Shown: one piece after another, positions 53,556 through 64,000 of the stretch
Position numbering within the stretch: the first letter of the stretch is position 1
How the letters are laid out: every line of letters begins with the position of its first letter
Assembly: GCF_009914755.1 (NCBI RefSeq)
Contig: NC_060948.1
Source: the human T2T-CHM13v2.0 reference genome, Homo sapiens
DNA length: 64,000 nt
Strand: one strand, 5' to 3'
Notes under the pieces: model-generated
What the model saw: only the letters and a program-made list of their open reading frames with translations
Database searches by the model: none
Told to the model about the DNA's origin: nothing
Position numbers and translations under genes: made by a program

Positions 53556-56500
53556 ATGGAGTCAAATGGAATGGTCTGGAATGGAATGAACACGAATGTA
53601 ATGCAATCCGATAGAATGGAATCGAATGGCATGGAATATAAAGAAATGGAATCGAAGAGAATGGAAACAAATGGAATGGAATTGAATGGAATGGAATTGA
53701 ATGGAATGCGAACGAATGGAGTGAAATTGTATGCAGTAGAAGGGAATAGAATGGAATGCAAGCGAAAGGAAAGGAATGGATTGGAATGGAATGGAATTCA
53801 TTGGAATGGAAGGGAATGTAGTGTAATGGACAGGCCTGGAATAAAGTGGAATGCTACGGTCTCGAATGGAATAAAAATGTATGGAATGGAATGCAATGAA
53901 ACGGAATCGAATGTCATAGAATGTAATGGAATGCAAAAAAATGGAATCCAAAATCATTGACTGGAAAGGCTGGGTGTCGAAAGGAATTGACTCCAATGGA
54001 ATGGAATCGAATGGAATGGAAGTGAATAGAATCGAACTAAATCGAATGGAATGGAATTGATAGGAACGGAATGGAAAGGAATGCAATGATTTGGCATGGA
54101 ATGGAATCGAATGGCATCGAATGGAATGGAATGGAATGCAATGGAATGGAATGTATTAGAATGTAATGAACTTTAATGGAATGTACTCGAATGGATTCGA
54201 CTGGAATGGAATGTTCTGGAAGTGAATGGACTCCAATGGAATGGATTCCAAAGGAATGGAATCGTACGGAATGGAATCTAATGGAATGGAATTAAATGGA
54301 AATGAATCAAATTGAATAGCACGGAATTGAATTGAATGGAATGGAATGCAATGGAATCTAATGAAACTGAAAGGAAAGGAATGGAATGGAATGGAATGGG
54401 CTGGAATGGAAAGGAATCGAAACGAATGGAATGGAATCGAACTGAAGAGACTGGAATGGAATGCACTGGAATGGAAGGGAGTGTAATGGAAGGTTCTCGA
54501 AAAAAATGGAATCGAATGGAATGGAATTGAATGGAACGGAATAGAGTCGAATGGAATTGAATGGAATGGAATGGACTAGAGTGAAATGGAATCGAACCAC
54601 AAGGAATGGACAGGAATAGAATGGTCTCGAATTGAATGGAATCGTATGGAATGGCATCAAACGGAATGGAATGGACAGCCACGGAATGGAATGCACTCGA
54701 ATGCAATGGAGTCGAAACTAATGGACTGGAATAGAATGGACTCGACTGGTACGGACTCCAATGGAATGGAATCGAATGGAAGGGAATCGAACGGAATGGA
54801 CTCGAAGGGAAAAGACTGCAATGGAAAGGTCTCGAATGGAATGGAAATTAATGGAATGGAATGGAATCGAATGAAATGGAGTCAAAAGGAATGGAATCGA
54901 ATGGCAAGAAATCGAATGTAATGGAATCGCAAGGAATTGATGTGAACGGAACGGAATGGAATGGAATCCAAAGGAATGGAATAGAATGGAATGGAATCGA
55001 ATGGAAAGGACTCGAATGGAAATCACTCGAATAGAATGCAATTTAATAAAATAGGATCAAATGTAATGGAATGGAATGGAAAGGAATCGAAACGAAAGGA
55101 ATGGAGACAGATGGAATGGAATGGAACAGAGAGCAATGGTATAGAATGGAATGGAATCATCTGGAATGGAATTGAATGGAATGGAATAATATGAAATGGA
55201 ATGGAATGGAATGGAATGGAATGCCCTTGAATTAAATGGACTGGAATGGAATGGACTCGAACAGAGTGGAATGGAAAGTGTTGAGATAGAATGGAATGGA
55301 CTCCTTTGGAATGGTGTAGTATGCAATGCAATCGACTGGCAGGGAATCAAAAGGAATGTAATGGAATGGATTGGACTGGAATGCAATGGACTCGAATAGA
55401 TTGGAAACGGAATGCAAAGGAATGGAATGGAATAGTATGGAATGGAATGGAAAGGAATGGAGTGGAATAGACTAGAGTGGAATGGAATGGACTGGAAAGC
55501 AATGGACTGGAATGGAACTTTCTTGAATGGACTGGAATCAAACGGAATGGAATGCAATGCAATCAAATGGCATGGAATAAAATAGAATGAAAGAGAATCA
55601 AATGGAATTGAATCGAATGGAATCGAATGGATTGGAAAGGAATAGAATGGAATGGAATGGAATGGACTAGAATGGAATGGATTCGAATGGAAGGCAAAGG
55701 AATGGAATCTATTGGAATGGACTGTAATGGAATGGAATGGAAGGGATTGGAATGGATTCGAATGGAATGGACTGCAATAGAAAGGATTCGAATGGAATGA
55801 AAAAGAATTGAATGGAATAGAACAGAATGGAATCAAATCGAATGAAATGGAATGGAATAGAAAGGAATGGAATGAAATGGAATGGAAAGGATTCGAATGG
55901 AATGCAATCGAATGGAATGGAATCGAACGGAATGGAATAAAATGGAAGAAAACTGGCAAGAAATGGAATCGAAATGAATGGAGTGTTATGGAACGGACTC
56001 AAAAGGAATTGAATGTAATAGAATGGAGTGGAGTGGACTCGAATATAATGGACTGGAATGGAATGAAATCACATGGAATGGGAACGAATGGAATGGAATG
56101 GAAAGGAATGGAATCGAATGGAAAGGAAACGAACGGAAGGGAATGAAATTGAATCAACAGGAATGGAAGGGAATAGAATAGACGGTAATGGAATGGACTC
56201 GAATAGAATGGACACGAATGCTGAAATCGAATGGACTCGAATGGAATGGAAACGAAAGGAATGTCATCGAATGGAATTGAATCGATTGGAATGAAATCGC
56301 ATAGAATGGAGTGGAATCAAATGGAATTGAATCGAAAGGAAAGGAAGCGAATGGACTGAAATGAAATGGAATGGAATTGAATGGAAAGTAATGCAATGGA
56401 ATAGAATGGAACGAAATTTCACGGAATGGAATCAAACTGAATGGAATCAAATCAATGGAATCAAATCAAATGGAATGGAAAGGAATTGAATGGAGTAGAT

Positions 56501-57094
56501 TGGATTGGATGGGATTGGAATGAAATGTACTGGAAAGGACTCGAATTTCATGAAACGGAATGGAATGAATTGGAACGGAATGGACTCGAATGGAATGGAA
56601 TGTCATGGAATGGCATCAAATGGAATGGTATCAAATGGAATGGAATCGAATGCAATGGAATGCTATGGAATGGAATGGAATGCATTGGAATGGAATGTCC
56701 TCTAATGGAATGGATTCGAGTGGAATGGAATCGAATATAATGGAGTCGAATGAAATGGAATTGAAAGGAATGGGATCGAATACAATGGAATATACTGGAA
56801 AGTAATGTAATGAACTCGAATGTAATTGACTGGAATGGAATGTACATGAATGGAATGTAATCGAATGGAAAGTAATCCAATGGAATAGAATCTAATGCAA
56901 TAAAATCGACTCAGATAGAGTAGAATGTAATGGAATGGAGTGTAGTGCAATGGAATGGAATGGAATGGAATGCAATTGAATGGAATGGAATGGAATGGAA
57001 TGGAATGGGATGGAATGGTATGGAATGGATAGTAATGGACTGGAGTGAAATGGACTGGAAAGGAATGGACTCAAATTGAAAGGGCTCGAAAGGA
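53556..57094 (+). repeat. DYZ1 unit U16 (3539 bp)
   Basis: Same indels and private variants as the distal part of U15. Confidence 0.93.
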
Positions 57095-60000
57095 ATGGAG
57101 TCAAATGGAATGGTCTGGAATGGAATGAACACGAATGTAATGCAATCCGATAGAATGGAATCGAATGGCATGGAATATAAAGAAATGGAATCGAAGAGAA
57201 TGGAAACAAATGGAATGGAATTGAATGGAATGGAATTGAATGGAATGCGAACGAATGGAGTGAAATTGTATGCAGTAGAAGGGAATAGAATGGAATGCAA
57301 GCGAAAGGAAAGGAATGGATTGGAATGGAATGGAATTCATTGGAATGGAAGGGAATGTAGTGTAATGGACAGGCCTGGAATAAAGTGGAATGCTACGGTC
57401 TCGAATGGAATAAAAATGTATGGAATGGAATGCAATGAAACGGAATCGAATGTCATAGAATGTAATGGAATGCAAAAAAATGGAATCCAAAATCATTGAC
57501 TGGAAAGGCTGGGTGTCGAAAGGAATTGACTCCAATGGAATGGAATCGAATGGAATGGAAGTGAATAGAATCGAACTAAATCGAATGGAATGGAATTGAT
57601 AGGAACGGAATGGAAAGGAATGCAATGATTTGGCATGGAATGGAATCGAATGGCATCGAATGGAATGGAATGGAATGCAATGGAATGGAATGTATTAGAA
57701 TGTAATGAACTTTAATGGAATGTACTCGAATGGATTCGACTGGAATGGAATGTTCTGGAAGTGAATGGACTCCAATGGAATGGATTCCAAAGGAATGGAA
57801 TCGTACGGAATGGAATCTAATGGAATGGAATTAAATGGAAATGAATCAAATTGAATAGCACGGAATTGAATTGAATGGAATGGAATGCAATGGAATCTAA
57901 TGAAACTGAAAGGAAAGGAATGGAATGGAATGGAATGGGCTGGAATGGAAAGGAATCGAAACGAATGGAATGGAATCGAACTGAAGAGACTGGAATGGAA
58001 TGCACTGGAATGGAAGGGAGTGTAATGGAAGGTTCTCGAAAAAAATGGAATCGAATGGAATGGAATTGAATGGAACGGAATAGAGTCGAATGGAATTGAA
58101 TGGAATGGAATGGACTAGAGTGAAATGGAATCGAACCACAAGGAATGGACAGGAATAGAATGGTCTCAAATTGAATGGAATCGTATGGAATGGCATCAAA
58201 CGGAATGGAATGGACAGCCACGGAATGGAATGCACTCGAATGCAATGGAGTCGAAACTAATGGACTGGAATAGAATGGACTCGACTGGTACGGACTCCAA
58301 TGGAATGGAATCGAATGGAAGGGAATCGAACGGAATGGACTCGAAGGGAAAAGACTGCAATGGAAAGGTCTCGAATGGAATGGAAATTAATGGAATGGAA
58401 TGGAATCGAATGAAATGGAGTCAAAAGGAATGGAATCGAATGGCAAGAAATCGAATGTAATGGAATCGCAAGGAATTGATGTGAACGGAACGGAATGGAA
58501 TGGAATCCAAAGGAATGGAATAGAATGGAATGGAATCGAATGGAAAGGACTCGAATGGAAATCACTCGAATAGAATGCAATTTAATAAAATAGGATCAAA
58601 TGTAATGGAATGGAATGGAAAGGAATCGAAACGAAAGGAATGGAGACAGATGGAATGGAATGGAACAGAGAGCAATGGTATAGAATGGAATGGAATCATC
58701 TGGAATGGAATTGAATGGAATGGAATAATATGAAATGGAATGGAATGGAATGGAATGGAATGGAATGGAATGGAATGGAATGCCCTTGAATTAAATGGAC
58801 TGGAATAGAATGGACTCGAACAGAGTGGAATGGAAAGTGTTGAGATAGAATGGAATGGACTCCTTTGGAATGGTGTAGTATGCAATGCAATCGACTGGCA
58901 GGGAATCAAAAGGAATGTAATGGAATGGATTGGACTGGAATGCAATGGACTCGAATAGATTGGAAACGGAATGCAAAGGAATGGAATGGAATAGTATGGA
59001 ATGGAATGGAAAGGAATGGAGTGGAATAGACTAGAGTGGAATGGAATGGACTGGAAAGCAATGGACTGGAATGGAACTTTCTTGAATGGACTGGAATCAA
59101 ACGGAATGGAATGCAATGCAATCAAATGGCATGGAATAAAATAGAATGAAAGAGAATCAAATGGAATTGAATCGAATGGAATCGAATGGATTGGAAAGGA
59201 ATAGAATGGAATGGAATGGAATTGACTCAAATGGAATGGACTAGAATGGAATGGATTCGAATGGAAGGCAAAGGAATGGAATCTATTGGAATGGACTGTA
59301 ATGGAATGGAATGGAAGGGATTGGAATGGACTCGAATGGAATGGACTGCAATAGAAAGGATTCGAATGGAATGAAAAAGAATTGAATGGAATAGAACAGA
59401 ATGGAATCAAATCGAATGAAATGGAATGGAATAGAAAGGAATGGAATGAAATGGAATGGAAAGGATTCGAATGGAATGCAATCGAATGGAATGGAATCGA
59501 ACGGAATGGAATAAAATGGAAGAAAACTGGCAAGAAATGGAATCGAAATGAATGGAGTGTTATGGAACGGACTCAAAAGGAATTGAATGTAATAGAATGG
59601 AGTGGAGTGGACTCGAATATAATGGACTGGAATGGAATGAAATCACAAGGAATGGGAACGAATGGAATGGAATGGAAAGGAATGGAATCGAATGGAAAGG
59701 AATCGAATGGAAGGGAATGAAATTGAATCAACAGGAATGGAAGGGAATAGAATAGACGGTAATGGAATGGACTCGAATAGAATGGACACGAATGCTCAAA
59801 TTGAATGGACTCGAATGGAATGGAAACGAAAGGAATGTCATCGAATGGAATTGAATGGATTGGAATGAAATCGCATAGAATGGAGTGGAATCAAATGGAA
59901 TTGAATCGAAAGGAAAGGAAGCGAATGGACTGAAATGAAATGGAATGGAATTGAATGGAAAGTAATGCAATGGAATAGAATGGAACGAAATTTCACGGAA

Positions 60001-60693
60001 TGGAATCAAACTGAATGGAATCAAATCAATGGAATCAAATCAAATGGAATGGAAAGGAATTGAATGGAGTAGATTGGATTGGATGGGATTGGAATGAAAT
60101 GTACTGGAAAGGACTCGAATTTCATGAAACGGAATGGAATGAATTGGAACGGAATGGACTCGAATGGAATGGAATGTCATGGAATGGCATCAAATGGAAT
60201 GGCATCAAATGGAATGGAATCGAATGCAATGGAATGCTATGGAATGGAATGGAATGCATTGGAATGGAATGTCCTCTAATGGAATGGATTCGAGTGGAAT
60301 GGAATCGAATATAATGGAGTCGAATGAAATGGAATTGAAAGGAATGGGATCGAATACAATGGAATATACTGGAATGTAATGTAATGAACTCGAATGTAAT
60401 TGACTGGAATGGAATGTACATGAATGGAATGTAATCGAATGGAAAGTAATCCAATGGAATAGAATCTAATGCAATAAAATCGACTCAGATAGAGTAGAAT
60501 GTAATGGAATGGAGTGCAGTGCAATGGAATGGAATGGAATGGAATGCAATGGAATGGAATGGAATGGAATGGAATGGAATGGAATGGAATGGAATGGGAT
60601 GGAATGGGATGGAATGGTATGGAATGGATAGTAATGGACTGGAGTGAAATGGACTGGAAAGGAATGGACTCAAATTGAAAGGGCTCGAAAGGA
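57095..60693 (+). repeat. DYZ1 unit U17 (3599 bp, longest)
   Basis: (GGAAT)9 at 58737-58781 (+20) and +10 in the terminal run. Confidence 0.93.
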
Positions 60694-63600
60694 ATGGAGT
60701 CAAATGGAATGGTCTGGAATGGAATGAACACGAATGTAATGCAATCCAATAGAATGGAATCGAATGGCATGGAATATAAAGAAATGGAATCGAAGAGAAT
60801 GGAAACAAATGGAATGGAATTGAATGGAATGGAATTGAATGGAATGGGAACGAATGGAGTGAAATTGTATGCAGTAGAAGGGAATAGAATGGAATGCAAG
60901 CGAAAGGAAAGGAATGGATTGGAATGGAATGGAATTCATTGGAATGGAAGGGAATGTAGTGTAATGGACAGGCCTGGAATAAAGTGGAATGCTACGGTCT
61001 CGAATGGAATAAAAATGTATGGAATGGAATGCAATGAAACGGAATCGAATGTCATAGAATGTAATGGAATGCAACAAAATGGAATCCAAAATCATTGACT
61101 GGAAAGGCTGGGTGTCGAAAGGAATTGACTCCAATGGAATGGAATCGAATGGAATGGAAGTGAATAGAATGGAACTAAATCGAATGGAATGGAATTGATA
61201 GGAACGGAATGGAAAGGAATGCAATGATTTGGCATGGAATGGAATCGAATGGCATCGAATGGAATGGAATGGAATGCAATGGAATGGAATGTATTAGAAT
61301 GTAATGAACTTTAATGGAATGTACTCGAATGGATTCGACTGGAATGGAATGTTCTGGAAGTGAATGGACTCCAATGGAATGGATTCCAAAGGAATGGAAT
61401 CGTACGGAATGGAATCTAATGGAATGGAATTAAATGGAAATGAATCAAATTGAATAGCACGGAATTGAATTGAATGGAATGGAATGCAATGGAATCTAAT
61501 GAAACGGAAAGGAAAGGAATGGAATGGAATGGAATGGGCTGGAATGGAAAGGAATCGAAACGAATGGAATGGAATCGAACTGAAGAGACTGGAATGGAAT
61601 GCACTGGAATGGAAGGGAGTGTAATGGAAGGTTCTCGAAAAAAATGGAATGGAATGGAATGGAATTGAATGGAACGGAATAGAGTCGAATGGAATTGAAT
61701 GGAATGGAATGGACTAGAGTGAAATGGAATCGAACCACAAGGAATGGACAGGAATAGAATGGTCTCGAATTGAATGGAATCGTATGGAATGGCATCAAAC
61801 GGAATGGAATGGACAGCCACGGAATGGAATGCACTCGAATGCAATGGAGTCGAAACTAATGGACTGGAATAGAATGGACTCGACTGGTACGGACTCCAAT
61901 GGAATGGAATCGAATGGAAGGGAATCGAACGGAATGGACTCGAAGGGAAAAGACTGCAATGGAAAGGTCTCGAATGGAATGGAAATTAATGGAATGGAAT
62001 GGAATCGAATGAAATGGAGTCAAAAGGAATGGAATCGAATGGCAAGAAATCGAATGTAATGGAATCGCAAGGAATTGATGTGAACGGAACGGAATGGAAT
62101 GGAATCCAAAGGAATGGAATAGAATGGAATGGAATCGAATGGAAAGGACTCGAATGGAAATCACTCGAATAGAATGCAATTTAATAAAATAGGATCAAAT
62201 GTAATGGAATGGAATGGAAAGGAATCGAAACGAAAGGAATGGAGACAGATGGAATGGAATGGAACAGAGAGCAATGGTATAGAATGGAATGGAATCATCT
62301 GGAATGGAATTGAATGGAATGGAATAATATGAAATGGAATGGAATGGAATGGAATGGAATGCCCTTGAATTAAATGGACTGGAATGGAATGGACTCGAAC
62401 AGAGTGGAATGGAAAGTGTTGAGATAGAATGGAATGGACTCCTTTGGAATGGTGTAGTATGCAATGCAATCGACTGGCAGGGAATCAAAAGGAATGTAAT
62501 GGAATGGATTGGACTGGAATGCAATGGACTCGAATAGATTGGAAACGGAATGCAAAGGAATGGAATGGAATAGTATGGAATGGAATGGAAAGGAATGGAG
62601 TGGAATAGACTAGAGTGGAATGGAATGGACTGGAAAGCAATGGACTGGAATGGAACTTTCTTGAATGGACTGGAATCAAACGGAATGGAATGCAATGCAA
62701 TCAAATGGCATGGAATAAAATAGAATGAAAGAGAATCAAATGGAATTGAATCGAATGGAATCGAATGGATTGGAAAGGAATAGAATGGAATGGAATGGAA
62801 TTCACTCAAATGGAATGGACTAGAATGGAATGGATTCGAATGGAAGGCAAAGGAATGGAATCTATTGGAATGGACTGTAATGGAATGGAATGGAAGGGAT
62901 TGGAATGGACTCGAATGGAATGGACTGCAATAGAAAGGATTCGAATGGAATGAAAAAGAATTGAATGGAATAGAACAGAATGGAATCAAATCGAATGAAA
63001 TGGAATGGAATAGAAAGGAATGGAATGAAATGGAATGGAAAGGATTCGAATGGAATGCAATCGAATGGAATGGAATCGAACGGAATGGAATAAAATGGAA
63101 GAAAACTGGCAAGAAATGGAATCGAAATGAATGGAGTGTTATGGAACGGACTCAAAAGGAATTGAATGTAATAGAATGGAGTGGAGTGGACTCGAATATA
63201 ATGGACTGGAATGGAATGAAATCACAAGGAATGGGAACGAATGGAATGGAATGGAAAGGAATGGAATCGAATGGAAAGGAATCGAATGGAAGGGAATGAA
63301 ATTGAATCAACAGGAATGGAAGGGAATAGAATAGACGGTAATGGAATGGACTCGAATAGAATGGACACGAATGCTCAAATTGAATGGACTCGAATGGAAT
63401 GGAAACGAAAGGAATGTCATCGAATGGAATTGAATGGATTGGAATGAAATCGCATAGAATGGAGTGGAATCAAATGGAATTGAATCGAAAGGAAAGGAAG
63501 CGAATGGACTGAAATGAAATGGAATGGAATTGAATGGAAAGTAATGCAATGGAATAGAATGGAACGAAATTTCACGGAATGGAATCAAACTGAATGGAAT

Positions 63601-64000
63601 CAAATCAATGGAATCAAATCAAATGGAATGGAAAGGAATTGAATGGAGTAGATTGGATTGGATGGGATTGGAATGAAATGTACTGGAAAGGACTCGAATT
63701 TCATGAAACGGAATGGAATGAATTGGAACGGAATGGACTCGAATGGAATGGAATGTCATGGAATGGCATCAAATGGAATGGCATCAAATGGAATGGAATC
63801 GAATGCAATGGAATGCTATGGAATGGAATGGAATGCATTGGAATGGAATGTCCTCTAATGGAATGGATTCGAGTGGAATGGAATCGAATATAATGGAGTC
63901 GAATGAAATGGAATTGAAAGGAATGGGATCGAATACAATGGAATATACTGGAATGTAATGTAATGAACTCGAATGTAATTGACTGGAATGGAATGTACAT
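60694..64000 (+). repeat. DYZ1 unit U18 (partial, truncated by the window end)
   Basis: Colinear with other units up to ...GGAATGTACAT; extra GAATTC at 62798-62803. Confidence 0.92.

Larger units (their letters stand above)
1..64000 (+). repeat. DYZ1: Human satellite 3 (GGAAT)n array, DYZ1 ~3.56-kb tandem repeat family (Yq12 heterochromatin)
   Basis: Continuous degenerate GGAAT/CGAAT/GGACT pentamers. The landmark ATGGAGTCAAATGGAATGGTCTGG recurs at 139, 3693, 7256, 10810, 14379, 17948, 21502, 25060, 28619, 32202, 35771, 39300, 42869, 46423, 50017, 53556, 57095 and 60694 (spacing 3529-3599). One conserved AGGCCT and one conserved GAATTC per unit match the known ~3.5-kb HaeIII/EcoRI Y-specific repeat. 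Confidence 0.96.

Noticed and set aside
139-64000. Hundreds of ORFs (MEWNG- and FHSIP-rich, up to 323 aa)
   Set aside because: (GGAAT)n and (ATTCC)n have no stop codons in any frame. The ORFs overlap in all frames, recur with the repeat, are low-complexity and show no recognisable domain.
1-64000. CRISPR-like or prokaryotic repeat-spacer system
   Set aside because: There are no constant repeats with unique spacers and no associated genes. The structure is head-to-tail eukaryotic satellite.
1-64000. HSat2, chr9-type HSat3 or alpha satellite
   Set aside because: The HSat2 CATTCGATTC/ATGATG pattern is not dominant, there is no 171-bp monomer, and the 3.56-kb period with these landmarks fits DYZ1.
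1-64000. Inversion, DYZ2 (AT-rich/Alu) junction or retroelement insertion
   Set aside because: The + strand stays GGAAT-oriented throughout, and unit spacings are fully explained by small indels, leaving no room for an insert.

Overview
The whole window is one uninterrupted, single-orientation human satellite 3 array (degenerate GGAAT pentamers on +, ATTCC on -) organised as a ~3.56-kb tandem macro-repeat: 17 complete units of 3529-3599 bp plus partial units at both ends. The unit size, one conserved HaeIII/StuI site (AGGCCT) and one conserved EcoRI site per unit, and matches to the classic Y-sexing primer sites (primer sequences recalled from memory) identify it as DYZ1 (HSat3, Yq12 heterochromatin). 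I see no genes, mobile elements, RNA genes or DYZ2/Alu junctions, and every ORF in the track is a translation artefact of the pentamer. I found no new gene system. The points of interest lie in the array itself: three perfect heat-shock elements (nGAAnnTTCnnGAAn) per unit, recent tandem duplications (a 7117-bp dimer and a 3539-bp duplication with a mid-unit breakpoint), a divergent haplotype block shared by three non-adjacent units, recurrent 15-bp indels, two internal GGAAT slippage hotspots, clustered substitution patches and CpG-decay variants. All comparisons were made by eye, without computed alignments.
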